The position numbers and the translations under genes were made by a program. A DNA stretch of 64,000 nucleotides from Alphaproteobacteria bacterium. Its GTDB lineage: Bacteria > Pseudomonadota > Alphaproteobacteria > UBA9219. Below, in pieces: positions 47,296 to 57,346 of this stretch. A model generated the notes under the pieces. It was not told where the DNA came from and did no database searches. It saw only the letters and a program-made list of their open reading frames with translations. The stretch lies in contig JAYRGC010000028.1 in assembly GCA_041908065.1 (NCBI GenBank), positions 8,206-72,205 of the forward strand. Direction: 5' to 3'. Within the stretch, counting starts at the first letter, position 1. Every line of letters starts with the position of its first letter.

Positions 47296-48237
47296 ATGGC
47301 TCGTGCATACGGCGCCAATGCCCAGCTATTGGGTAAATTCGAAACGGTTTACGGCACACCGCCGACCGGAAACTATATCAAGTTTCCGTTCGTCTCGTCC
47401 GATCTCGGCTCTGAACAGGGTTTGATCGCATCCGATCTACTCGGTCAGGGGCGTGACCCCGCACAACCCATCCGCGATGTCATCCGCGTGGAAGGCAACG
47501 TGGTGGTGCCTGTCGATCTGCGCAACTTCGGCCATTGGCTGAAGGCGCTTCTCGGCGCACCGACAACCACCGGCAGCGGGCCTTACACCCACACTTTCGT
47601 TTCCGGTGCATCGAGCCTGCCCAGCATCGCGCTGGAAGTCGGTATGCCAGAAGTACCGATTTTCTTCATGGAAGCTGGTGTGCGTGTTAATTCCGCGCAG
47701 TTGAGTTTCGCGCGCTCCGGTGCGGCCAACGCGACGCTGAATTGTATCGCTCAGGGAGAAACCGATGCGACGACAACGGGCGGCGGTACGCCAACCGTGG
47801 CATCGCTGACGCGCTTCAATCAGTTCCAGGGATCGATCAAGAAGGATGGCGTGCAGCTTGGCAACGTAACCGGCGCGCAGTTGACCTATACCAACAACCT
47901 GGAGCGGATCGAAACCATCCGTTCGGACGGCAAGATCGACGGCGCGGATCCGACCATCGCCGCGCTGACCGGAAACATCGAAGTCCGGTTTGCGGATACC
48001 GCGCTGATCGATGCGGCCACCGACAACACGCCGCTGGAATTGGCGTTCGCTTACACCATCGATGCCGATAAATCGCTGACGTTTACGGCGCACGAAGTGT
48101 ATTTGCCGAAGCCGAAACTGGCGATCTCCGGCCCTGGCGGTGTCCAGGCCACCTTTGACTGGCAGGCGGCGAAGGCGACAAGCCCCGCGCGCATGCTGAC
48201 TGTTGTCCTCAAAAACGATGTAGCGAGTTACGCATGA
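47296..48237 (+). CDS. major tail (tube) protein
   Basis: 313 aa with a strong RBS (AGGAGG). Lies directly upstream of the G/GT chaperone pair. Confidence 0.55.
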   Translation: MARAYGANAQLLGKFETVYGTPPTGNYIKFPFVSSDLGSEQGLIASDLLGQGRDPAQPIRDVIRVEGNVVVPVDLRNFGHWLKALLGAPTTTGSGPYTHTFVSGASSLPSIALEVGMPEVPIFFMEAGVRVNSAQLSFARSGAANATLNCIAQGETDATTTGGGTPTVASLTRFNQFQGSIKKDGVQLGNVTGAQLTYTNNLERIETIRSDGKIDGADPTIAALTGNIEVRFADTALIDAATDNTPLELAFAYTIDADKSLTFTAHEVYLPKPKLAISGPGGVQATFDWQAAKATSPARMLTVVLKNDVASYA

Positions 48238-48572
48238 TTACCTTGAACCTCAAACGTGAAAACTACTGGCTGGATCTCATTCATGGCGTGCGCGTGCATG
48301 TGCGTCCGGCTTCCACCGCCCTTGTCATGGCCGCGCGCGTCGAAGCCCTGAAAGAAGAAGCGGAACCAGCAGCCCGTAGCACCGCCCTTATTAAACGCTT
48401 GGCGCAGCTTGCCATCGTTGAATGGGACGGCATTGGAGGCAAAGACGGTGAACCTCTTCCGGTCACGCCGGAGGGCGTATTTGCCCTTATGGATTTGTGG
48501 CCTATCGCCGAAGCCTTCGAGCGTCTTTATCTCGGCCCCGCGCTGTTGCTGGAACAGGAAAAAAACGTCTAA
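48234..48572 (+). CDS. tail assembly chaperone (gpG-like)
   Basis: 112 aa between the tail tube and tape measure genes. Ends just after a slippery heptamer. Confidence 0.7.
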   Translation: MITLNLKRENYWLDLIHGVRVHVRPASTALVMAARVEALKEEAEPAARSTALIKRLAQLAIVEWDGIGGKDGEPLPVTPEGVFALMDLWPIAEAFERLYLGPALLLEQEKNV

Positions 48573-48937
48573 CGGCTCGTTGCCGCTGGCACTTTGGCGG
48601 CGGGCCGGATTACTGCGCTTCCTGCCAGGATGCGGATTTGCCTTGTGCGCGGGGCGAACCCAATGCGGAAGGCGAGCTTTGTCCGTACCGGGCGCAAGAA
48701 CCGCAAAGCATGGAAGCGTGGCAGGCCTGGGATTTGGCACTGCGGTGCGGCGGGCAATTGCGCCTGAGTCAAATGGTCGCCATCGGCATGGATTTTTCGG
48801 CGGCGCTGCAAGTTGCGGCATCGCTCGGCCATGACGCAAACGCCACGGCGGAGTTCCTTCCCGCCATCGAAGCCGGAATGACCTCGGCGTTTAACGAAAA
48901 ACTTAGTAGCGAGATCAAAACCCATGGCCGAACGTAA
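48234..48937 (+). CDS. gpGT-like frameshift-extended tail chaperone
   Basis: The second ORF lies in the -1 frame, has no convincing start of its own and ends inside the tape measure start region. Confidence 0.6.
48560..48566 (+). promoter_or_regulatory. -1 programmed frameshift site A_AAA_AAC (G/GT type)
   Basis: The zero frame reads GAA AAA AAC GTC TAA. A -1 shift continues as KKRLTARCRWHFGG... into ORF 48497-48937. Confidence 0.65.
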
Positions 48938-51467
48938 TCTTGCCATCCGATTGAGCGTCCTCGACGGCGGCAGGGTGAAGGCCGAACTGCGCGAAGTCGG
49001 TGAAACGGGCGAAAAGTCGCTCAAGAAAATCGAACTGGCAGGACAGCCTGCCTCAAAATCGTTGCTGGCGCTGAATGCGGCCGCCAATGATGTTAAAGGC
49101 TCGGTTGTCGGCCTGACGGGCAACCTTGGGCCTTTGGGATCTGCGCTGGGTGCAATTGGCCCTGTTGGTCTTGCGGTTGGCGCGGCTTTGGCGATTGTCA
49201 CGCTGGGCCTGAAATCAGCGCTGGAAAACGCCGCCGAGGCCGAACAGTCCTTCAATCGCTTGCAGGCCGTTTTGCGCGCCACGGGCAACACAACAGGCCT
49301 GTCCGGCAAACAGATCGCGGCCTTTGCCGATCAGATTGAATCCTCCACCTTGGCGACCGCCGAACAGGTGCAGGACGCGGCGGGCGTTATGGCCACGTTC
49401 CGCTCTGTCACAGGGGAAACTTTCACCCGCGCAATGACGCTGGCGCAGGATATGTCTGCCGTGTTCGGCACGGATTTGCGCGGCAGCGTCACCCAGCTTG
49501 GCAAGGCTCTGGAAAATCCTGCTGAGGGTCTGACGGCGCTGCGCCGGATCGGAATCCTGTTCACTGACAGCCAGAAGGATTTAATCCAATCGCTGGTCGA
49601 CACGGGAAAGCAGGCCGAAGCCCAGAAAGTCATTCTGGATGCGCTGGAATCCAAAGTCGGCGGCGCTGGTGCAGGCGAAGCCACAGGTTTGACGGGCGCC
49701 ACCAACCGCCTGTCCGATGCCTGGGGCAATCTGATGGAGGATATCGGGCAAACCCGCGTTGTAGCTGGTTCTGCGGAAGGCGCACTGAGCGGTCTTTCGT
49801 TTGTCGTCGAAGGTCTGCGCAATTTGATGAAGGATGATCCCATCGGCAAGCAGCTGATGGATGCCCAGCAGGACTTGGCAAAGCAGGAAGAACGTCTAAA
49901 ACGACTGCAGAATTATAATCCTGTCCTGCCGTTCACGGACATGAGTCCGATGGTCGAGCGCCAGGAAGGGCGCGTGGCGAAACTGCGCGAGGAGATGAAC
50001 AGCCTTTTGGCGCAGGCCCGCCAGGAAGCACAGGAATACGAAGCAGAACAGCAAAAGCTGCAGGCCGCCCAAGAACAGGCCGCGCGTGACCGACGCGCCG
50101 ATCTTTTAAGTGAACAGCGCAAAAAGCTGGACGATGCCGTCGACAAACTGGCGACCGATCCTGCCGACCGCATTGCCAAGGTCAACAAAGAGCTGGAAAC
50201 CACCAAACAACGCCTTGAAGCCTTGCGTGAAAAAGACGGCAGCAACGCCGGTGCGGTGGAGACAGCGCTGCAGCAAGCGGAAGAAATCTCTCGCCGCCAG
50301 ATCGAAGCGATTGAAAAGCCTGCCCGTGAAGCGGCCACCCGCGTCATGGAGGCAAACAGTAAGGTTGTGGCCGATCTCCAGCGTCAAATGCTGGGCCTTT
50401 CAGACAAGCGCCAAGCCTTCATCGATCAGGCCGTGGGTCGCCTTTCTAAAGACGCGGGCGATGCGCAGCGCGAACAAACGCGCAAACTCGCGGCACAGCT
50501 TTTTGACAGCCAGGCTTATTCCGAAGCGCAAAAAGTCGTCGAGGATTTGACTAAGCAGATTGAACGCCTGACCGATAAACGCGCCGCATTCATTCAAGAT
50601 GCGGTTGGCCGCTTGTCGGATAACGCAACATCGTCACAGCGCGCCGAAGTCGAAAAGCTGGCTGCCGCCCTTTACGATCAGGGTGAAGCCCAGCAGAAGC
50701 TGAACAAGCTGAAACAGGAAGGTGAACAAGTCACCAATGCCACGCGCACGGCGACGGAAACCTACGCGGCGGAGCTGGAGCGTCTTAAAAACATGCTCGA
50801 CGCTGGTGCGATCAGCCAGGAAACCTATAACCGCGCGGTCGCCAATGCTGAAAAACAGCAGCTTGACGCGCGCAAGGATGCCGAGGCTGGAGCATTGCGG
50901 GCCTTCCGCAATTACCGTGAACAAGCCGAGGATGCAGCATCGGCGGTCGAAAAAGCCTTCACCGAGGGCATGAAGGCAACCGAGGACGCGATTGTGGATT
51001 TTGTCACTTCCGGTGGCAAAAGCCTGAAAAGCCTGGGCGACATGGCAAATTCCATCGTGGCCGACATCACACGCATGGCCGTGCAAAAGTCGATCACGGG
51101 GCCGCTCTTCAACATGCTGGGCAGTAGCATGGGTGGTGGCGGTTTCCTGGACAGCATTTTCAGCAGCATCTTCCACGAAGGTGGCGAGGTTGGCGGATCA
51201 GCGCCCCAGCGCCGTGTGCCTGCCTATGTGTTTGCCAACGCGCCGCGCTATCACACGGGCGGCGTGGCGGGTCTGAAGCCGGGGGAAATCCCCGCCATTC
51301 TAGAGCGCGGCGAGATCGTTTTACCGAAGGACGGCACTCGTATGGGATCGCCTGTCAACGTCGTCATGAACATCACAACGCCGGATGCCAGCAGCTTCCG
51401 CATGAGCCAGTCGCAAATCACGGCTGAAGCGGCGCGTGGCATTCAACGTGCCAAGAGGAATCTGTAA
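48924..51467 (+). CDS. tail tape measure protein
   Basis: 847 aa, helical/coiled-coil rich, with an internal 57-aa duplication. Lies after G/GT. Confidence 0.9.
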   Translation: MAERNLAIRLSVLDGGRVKAELREVGETGEKSLKKIELAGQPASKSLLALNAAANDVKGSVVGLTGNLGPLGSALGAIGPVGLAVGAALAIVTLGLKSALENAAEAEQSFNRLQAVLRATGNTTGLSGKQIAAFADQIESSTLATAEQVQDAAGVMATFRSVTGETFTRAMTLAQDMSAVFGTDLRGSVTQLGKALENPAEGLTALRRIGILFTDSQKDLIQSLVDTGKQAEAQKVILDALESKVGGAGAGEATGLTGATNRLSDAWGNLMEDIGQTRVVAGSAEGALSGLSFVVEGLRNLMKDDPIGKQLMDAQQDLAKQEERLKRLQNYNPVLPFTDMSPMVERQEGRVAKLREEMNSLLAQARQEAQEYEAEQQKLQAAQEQAARDRRADLLSEQRKKLDDAVDKLATDPADRIAKVNKELETTKQRLEALREKDGSNAGAVETALQQAEEISRRQIEAIEKPAREAATRVMEANSKVVADLQRQMLGLSDKRQAFIDQAVGRLSKDAGDAQREQTRKLAAQLFDSQAYSEAQKVVEDLTKQIERLTDKRAAFIQDAVGRLSDNATSSQRAEVEKLAAALYDQGEAQQKLNKLKQEGEQVTNATRTATETYAAELERLKNMLDAGAISQETYNRAVANAEKQQLDARKDAEAGALRAFRNYREQAEDAASAVEKAFTEGMKATEDAIVDFVTSGGKSLKSLGDMANSIVADITRMAVQKSITGPLFNMLGSSMGGGGFLDSIFSSIFHEGGEVGGSAPQRRVPAYVFANAPRYHTGGVAGLKPGEIPAILERGEIVLPKDGTRMGSPVNVVMNITTPDASSFRMSQSQITAEAARGIQRAKRNL

Positions 51468-52066
51468 TGGCCTTCCACGAAGTGCAATTTCCGAACGATA
51501 TTGCCTATGGGGCAACGGGCGGGCCGGAGTTTGCGACCAGCGTCGTTGCCACGGCCTCTGGCTATGAACAGCGCAATATCAATTGGTCGGCAGCGCGTGG
51601 GCGGTGGGATGTTGCCTCCGGCCTTAAAAAGCAGACGCAGCTGGACACGCTGATCGCCTTCTTCCGCGCGCGCAAAGGCCGTGCGCATGGATTCCGGTTC
51701 AAGGACTGGACGGATTACAAGGCGACCGCGCAGGCGCTAGGCACGGGCAACGGCACGGTCACCACGTTCCAGCTAATCCGCACTTATTCATCGGGTGGTA
51801 GCACGGACGTGCGCACCATTACCAAGCCCGTGACTGGTACGGTCAAGGTTTATCTGGCAGGCGTGCAACAGATGTCCGGCTGGTCGGTCAACACCACCAC
51901 CGGCGTCATCACTTTTTCGACTGCGCCGGGAAATGGCGTGGCCGTATCGGCTGACTATGAATTCGACGTGCCGGTGCGTTTCGATACCGACCGCATGGCC
52001 GTCACTATCGAGCAGATCAACCTTCATCAATGGTCGGGCATCCCGATTGTGGAGATCAGAGTATGA
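51467..52066 (+). CDS. distal tail protein (DUF2460/TIGR02217-like, RcGTA g12-like)
   Basis: MAFHEVQFPNDIAYGATGGPEFATSVV..SGYEQRNINW is a typical family N-terminus. Confidence 0.75.
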   Translation: MAFHEVQFPNDIAYGATGGPEFATSVVATASGYEQRNINWSAARGRWDVASGLKKQTQLDTLIAFFRARKGRAHGFRFKDWTDYKATAQALGTGNGTVTTFQLIRTYSSGGSTDVRTITKPVTGTVKVYLAGVQQMSGWSVNTTTGVITFSTAPGNGVAVSADYEFDVPVRFDTDRMAVTIEQINLHQWSGIPIVEIRV

Positions 52067-52908
52067 AAACCGCTGGGTCACCTCTTGTTACCCATATCGG
52101 TGGCGAGACAACCACACTTGCAACATGCTGGAAAGTCACGCGCAGAGATGGGTCGATCTTCGGCTTTACGGACTTCGATAAAAATTTGACCGTGGACAGC
52201 TTGGTTTACCAGGCGCGTTCCGGCTATACGCGCTCGGCCATTCACACCATCGCTAACCTTGCCGTCGATAATCTAGATATCGAAAGCGCCATCGACAGCG
52301 AAACCTTAAGCGCTCCCGACCTTCGCGCTGGTGTGTGGGATGGCGCGACGGTCGAGATTTTCCTTGTCAACTGGAGCAATATCGCCAATGGCAAGATCAT
52401 CCTGAAGCGCGGCACCATCGGCGAAGTGGAATTGAAAGATACGGTGTTCCGTGCCGAATTGCGCGGCTTGTCGCAGGCGCTTTCGCAGCAAATCGTCGAG
52501 CTTTACACGCCTGATTGCCGCGCCGATCTAGGCGATACGCGCTGCAAAATCAATCTGGTGGCGCTGACGGTAACGGGCGCGATCACCGCCGTTACCGATA
52601 GACGCAGTTTCGCCGATACGACACGCGGAGAGTCGGTCAATCACTGGAATGGCGGCCTATTGACATGGACGAGCGGCGCGAATGTGGGTCGCAAGATGGA
52701 AGTGAAAGCCTTCGCCAGCGGCGGTGCTTTCACGCTTTTCTTGCCTATGCCGAGCGTGGTGGCGGTGGGTGACAATTACAGCCTGCGCCCTGGCTGCGAC
52801 AAGAAATTTTCCACCTGCAAAGACAGGTACAACAACGTCAAGAATTTCAGGGGCGAACCGAACGTCCCCGGCAACGATCAGGTTTTGGCTTATCCCGATG
52901 GCAAATAA
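52063..52908 (+). CDS. DUF2163/BR0599-like tail protein (RcGTA g13-like)
   Basis: TTLATCWKVTRRDGSIFGFTDFDKNLTVD pattern. ATGA-coupled. Confidence 0.75.
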   Translation: MKTAGSPLVTHIGGETTTLATCWKVTRRDGSIFGFTDFDKNLTVDSLVYQARSGYTRSAIHTIANLAVDNLDIESAIDSETLSAPDLRAGVWDGATVEIFLVNWSNIANGKIILKRGTIGEVELKDTVFRAELRGLSQALSQQIVELYTPDCRADLGDTRCKINLVALTVTGAITAVTDRRSFADTTRGESVNHWNGGLLTWTSGANVGRKMEVKAFASGGAFTLFLPMPSVVAVGDNYSLRPGCDKKFSTCKDRYNNVKNFRGEPNVPGNDQVLAYPDGK

Positions 52909-53350
52909 ACTTACCCGCATGGATATTGTGCGCGAGGCGCGTGAATGGATTAACACGCCGTTCAAGCACCAAGGGCACCTCAAAGGCGTCGCTTGCGACT
53001 GCATTGGCCTCATCAAAGCCATCGGTATGCAGCACAAGTTGATGGACTACGACCCGAATTCTCCGGAGGCACTGTCCTACGCCAATTATTCCATGATGCC
53101 GGATAGCCGTCGCATGCGTGAAGCCCTGAGCCGCTGGTTTGTCTCCATTCCGGTAGATGATGCTCTGGCGGCCGATTTTTATTTCATGGCCTGGGGTCGT
53201 GAACCTCAGCATGTCGCGCTGGTCACCGATCGCGGAATCATTCACAGCTATTCCGGTGTCGGCAAAGTGGTTGAACACAGCTTAGATGACCGCTGGCGGC
53301 AGCGTATTGCGGCGGCCTATCGCTTTCCTTATTTCGTGGAAGGTGCCTGA
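52898..53350 (+). CDS. NlpC/P60-family peptidase (RcGTA g14-like)
   Basis: Catalytic Cys in GVACDCIGLI and His in QHVALV. Confidence 0.75.
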   Translation: MANKLTRMDIVREAREWINTPFKHQGHLKGVACDCIGLIKAIGMQHKLMDYDPNSPEALSYANYSMMPDSRRMREALSRWFVSIPVDDALAADFYFMAWGREPQHVALVTDRGIIHSYSGVGKVVEHSLDDRWRQRIAAAYRFPYFVEGA

Positions 53351-56300
53351 TGGCTGTTCTTGCTCTTGGTGTGGTCGGATCCGCGCTGGGTTCTGCCATC
53401 GGGATCGGCGCGTCCGCTGGCTGGCTGGGTGGCGTTTTGCTGGGGAACCTTCTCTTCGGTGGCGGCAAAGGCCAAAATATCGAAGGCCCGCGCATTGACG
53501 ATCTGTCCGTGCAAACCTCGACCTATGGCGCACCTATCCCGCTGGTCTACGGCACGATGCGGATTTCCGGCAACGTCATCTGGGCAACGCCACTCAAAGA
53601 AAAACGCACCGTCACTCGTTCCAGCGGCGGCAAAGGCGGTGGTGGCAAGAAGTCTTCGCAGACTACCTATAGCTATTCCGTATCTTTCGCGGTTGGGCTT
53701 TGCCTTGGGCCTGTGGCAACCGTGCGCCGAATCTGGGCCGATACGAAGGTCATATATGACGCGACCGCCAGCAATACACAGTCCACCGAAAAATATCCTG
53801 GCGTGATCCGCATTCATCGTGGCGGCGAAGATGAAGAACCAGACGCGACAATAGAAATGCACCTTGGCGCTGGTAATGTGCCTGCATTTCGGGGCTTGTG
53901 CTACCTGGTGTTTGACGATTTGCAGCTCAAGGATTTCGCCAACCGTATTCCGAATATCAGCGCGGAAGTCGTAGCTCAAGGTTCTATGCAGAGCGATATT
54001 TTTGTTTTCCCGCCTGCAACGACCATGACAGTAGAAGGCGGGATTCTCGATCAGGCGCGCGGCACGATGATCGGCACAGGAGCCGATCATGTTTGGAAAT
54101 ACGATTGCGTCAACAACCGCTTCGTGTTGGAGCGTGGTTTAGAAGACCCGAATTGGGCGCCAATCTACCCTGGCGCCGATGACGTCTATGGCGATGTCTG
54201 CGGTATGGATAGCCAAGGCTATTATTATCATGCGACTGACGCTCACGGCGTGACCATGCGCCTCGTGAAACGGCATCCTGAAACGCTGGGCATTGTGGCG
54301 ATCAGTAGCCCGAAAATCAGCTTCAGCGTTAATGGCTGCGTGCGGCGTGATAAAATCTTCTGCTACGGCACACGCGAAGTTTATGACACGAATCTCAAGC
54401 TGATTATTGATCTATCGGATTATTTCCCGTCCGTCATGTTTGGCGGGCCGATGTGCGACGACCCTTATGGCCGCTATTGGCAAGTCACGGGCGGGTATGT
54501 GCGGAAGTTTGTTCCGAACGGCTTTGGCACGGGCGAACTGACCGAATGGAGCAGCACGGCTTGGACGGATGGAGAATTGCCGCGCACCGTATTCTGGGAC
54601 GATTTCACAGGGCATGTCTATTTCACGCTGGGCCTTGGCGGCCGCATCGTCAAATGGCACCCCGATAACGGCTATGCAGGGCATTGTGACGATGTCGCCA
54701 TCCCCGCTGGCTGGGGCATCCAGTCTGATTATAATTATCCGATTAACGGCAGGTATTGGGCTGCAGCTGATTACGATGTGACTCTGGTCAATCTCGTTAC
54801 GATGAAGATTGAGCGCGAGATCGACTTGACAGATTTTGCAACCACGTTTCCGGCTCATCTCGGCGGAACTTACGAAAAGTTCACGCACTCCGCCATCATC
54901 ATGACCTACGATGGCATGTTCAAGTACCCGCTGGAGCGTTACGGGAATAACGCCGTGGCCTTATCTGGTGTTTTGACGGATATCTGCCTGAAGGCGGGCA
55001 TGGCTCCCACGAGCGTCATTTCCAGCGCTGTCAGTCAGTCCCTGCGCGGGTACGTGGTCAGCCGCCGCATGGCCGCACGGGAGGCGCTGGAGCCGCTTCT
55101 GGGGTCATTCTTTATCGATGCCGTGGAAACAGACGGCATTCTGCGTTTCGTACCGCGCGGCGGCGCGTCTGTGGCCACCGTTGGAAAGGACGATTTGGGA
55201 GCGGATGACAGCGGGTCGGATGAATTAACCCGAATTTCGGAAACCCGCGTTCAGGATGTGGAGTTGCCGCAACGGCTGGATATCGTGCATGTCGATCCGA
55301 CCCGCGACCACCAGCCGAACACTCAGCATGCCGCCCGCATCACCGATGCCATCATCACGCGGGAAAAGCAGACCAGGGAAATTTCGATCTCGCTGACGCC
55401 GGACGAAGCAAAGCAGATCGCCGAGCGCACGCTTTATAACGCCTGGGTCGAACGCAACCAGTATAAATTCAGCTTGCCGCCGAAATGGTTGCGGCTGGAT
55501 CCTTCGGACGTCCTCACGATCAACCTGGACGATATTTCGCTGAAGCTGCGCTTAAATAAAGTGGACTTTGGCGGCAACAACGTCGTGTCCTGTGAAGCCG
55601 TAGCGGAAGATGAGATTGTTTATATCTCGAATTCAACAGGCTCCGGTGGCGGTCTACCGACTATCCCAATCAGCAACACGGGGCCGACTCCGTTGCTGCT
55701 CATGGATTTGCCCATGCTGCGGTATGAGGACGATACGCTGGGCATGTATTACGCCTTCGGTTTCCGCGACAACACCGTCACGGGCGCTTCGATGTATCGC
55801 TCGCCGGATGAGCTGGCATGGGAAGTTCTCGGCACGGGCAATGACGGCCCCACCTTCGGCTGGGCGGCCACCATTTTGCCAAATATTGCCAGCCCTTGGA
55901 CATGGGATGAGATCAGCAAGGTACAGATTGCGCTGACGCAAGGAACACTCGACAGCAAAACTGCGCTGGAAGTCCTAAATTGGGCCAACGTAGCGCTTCT
56001 TGGCGATGAAATCATTCAATGGCGCAATGCCACCGTGTTGGCCAGCGGTCTTTACGAGTTGTCCGGCCTGTTGCGCGGACGGCGCGGCACAGAATGGGCA
56101 ATGGGATCGCACACGACAGGGGAACGCTTTGTTTTGCTCATTAATGATGGCCTTTATCGCGCGCCGCTGCCGATGACTGAGATCAGCCGGACAGCCTATT
56201 ACAAAGGCATTCCAGATGGTGGAAATTGGGATGACGCGCCTTCCATGCCTTTCGTATTCAAGGGCAACAGCCTGCGTTGTTACGCGCCGGTGCAAGTACG

Positions 56301-56598
56301 CGGCGCGCGCGACGGCGGCGGCAATCTGACTGTGACATGGAAGCGTCGCACGCGCTGGTATGGGGAATGGCAAGACGAAACCGATGTGCCGCTTTTCGAG
56401 GCCAGCGAGAATTACGAAATCGACATTCTGTCCGGCACCGAGGTGAAACGCACGATCTCGGCCACGACGCCGAGTACCGTGTATAGCGCCGCCGATCAAG
56501 TCGCCGATTTCGGATCAGCCCAAAGCGCGATCACGGTTGCCGTTTACCAGCTCAACGCCGTGGTCGGGCGCGGCCAGGTCAAACAAGCCACCATTTGA
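53350..56598 (+). CDS. host-specificity / central tail fibre protein (RcGTA g15-like)
   Basis: 1082 aa following the g12-g14-like genes. Glycine-rich N-terminal TM-like segment. Confidence 0.8.
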   Translation: MAVLALGVVGSALGSAIGIGASAGWLGGVLLGNLLFGGGKGQNIEGPRIDDLSVQTSTYGAPIPLVYGTMRISGNVIWATPLKEKRTVTRSSGGKGGGGKKSSQTTYSYSVSFAVGLCLGPVATVRRIWADTKVIYDATASNTQSTEKYPGVIRIHRGGEDEEPDATIEMHLGAGNVPAFRGLCYLVFDDLQLKDFANRIPNISAEVVAQGSMQSDIFVFPPATTMTVEGGILDQARGTMIGTGADHVWKYDCVNNRFVLERGLEDPNWAPIYPGADDVYGDVCGMDSQGYYYHATDAHGVTMRLVKRHPETLGIVAISSPKISFSVNGCVRRDKIFCYGTREVYDTNLKLIIDLSDYFPSVMFGGPMCDDPYGRYWQVTGGYVRKFVPNGFGTGELTEWSSTAWTDGELPRTVFWDDFTGHVYFTLGLGGRIVKWHPDNGYAGHCDDVAIPAGWGIQSDYNYPINGRYWAAADYDVTLVNLVTMKIEREIDLTDFATTFPAHLGGTYEKFTHSAIIMTYDGMFKYPLERYGNNAVALSGVLTDICLKAGMAPTSVISSAVSQSLRGYVVSRRMAAREALEPLLGSFFIDAVETDGILRFVPRGGASVATVGKDDLGADDSGSDELTRISETRVQDVELPQRLDIVHVDPTRDHQPNTQHAARITDAIITREKQTREISISLTPDEAKQIAERTLYNAWVERNQYKFSLPPKWLRLDPSDVLTINLDDISLKLRLNKVDFGGNNVVSCEAVAEDEIVYISNSTGSGGGLPTIPISNTGPTPLLLMDLPMLRYEDDTLGMYYAFGFRDNTVTGASMYRSPDELAWEVLGTGNDGPTFGWAATILPNIASPWTWDEISKVQIALTQGTLDSKTALEVLNWANVALLGDEIIQWRNATVLASGLYELSGLLRGRRGTEWAMGSHTTGERFVLLINDGLYRAPLPMTEISRTAYYKGIPDGGNWDDAPSMPFVFKGNSLRCYAPVQVRGARDGGGNLTVTWKRRTRWYGEWQDETDVPLFEASENYEIDILSGTEVKRTISATTPSTVYSAADQVADFGSAQSAITVAVYQLNAVVGRGQVKQATI

Positions 56599-56607
56599 GG
56601 ACGAAAC

Positions 56608-57336
56608 ATGCCAACACCCAATCTTGCGATTGAATATATCGCCGCAAACCAGGCGCAGAAGGAAGTCACGGCCAACGCCGCTTTCGACGCGCTGGACAAG
56701 GCGCTGTGCCAGCTTACCAGTATCGCTATTGCCGATGTGGATACCACGCTGACCGACGCGCAAATGCTCGGCACCCTGTCGATGAAATTCACAGGGACGC
56801 TGACGGCGGGCCGGACGATCACCGTTCCGGCCAAGACCAAGCTGCTGATGGTAGAAAACAACACCACAGGCGGCTTTACGCTTTTGGTTAAGACGCCTTC
56901 CGGTACGGCCATTTCGTTCGCAGTTGGTGATCGGAAGCTGCTTTATTGCGACGGCACCACCTTTCAGATCGTGGCCGAAACTACCGTGGGGGTCAGCATC
57001 CCTTACGATATCGGAGGCACTTTGGCGGGCGTGCCAACAGGCGGCTCGGTTGTGCTGCGCTATCCAGTACCGCGCGCGGTGCGCTTTCCCGCTGGCATGG
57101 CGAATAGCCGCGGTGTGGCCGGAACGGTGTCGGGCGCGACGGCTACGTTTTCCATCCGTAAAAACGGGACACAGTTTGCCACCATGCAATTCGCGGCTGG
57201 TGCCAGTACACCGACATTTACGGCTGCCACTCTTACGGATTTCGTTGCGGGTGATGTGTTGACCATCCTCGCTCCAAGCCCCGCCGACAGCACACTGGCC
57301 GATATCGGCTTCGCGCTGGCAGGCATTCGACTTTAA
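56608..57336 (+). CDS. DUF2793-like tail-associated protein
   Basis: The N-terminus PNLAIEYIAANQAQKEVTANAAFDALDKAL resembles DUF2793. Confidence 0.55.
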   Translation: MPTPNLAIEYIAANQAQKEVTANAAFDALDKALCQLTSIAIADVDTTLTDAQMLGTLSMKFTGTLTAGRTITVPAKTKLLMVENNTTGGFTLLVKTPSGTAISFAVGDRKLLYCDGTTFQIVAETTVGVSIPYDIGGTLAGVPTGGSVVLRYPVPRAVRFPAGMANSRGVAGTVSGATATFSIRKNGTQFATMQFAAGASTPTFTAATLTDFVAGDVLTILAPSPADSTLADIGFALAGIRL

Positions 57337-57346
57337 GGAGAAAAAC

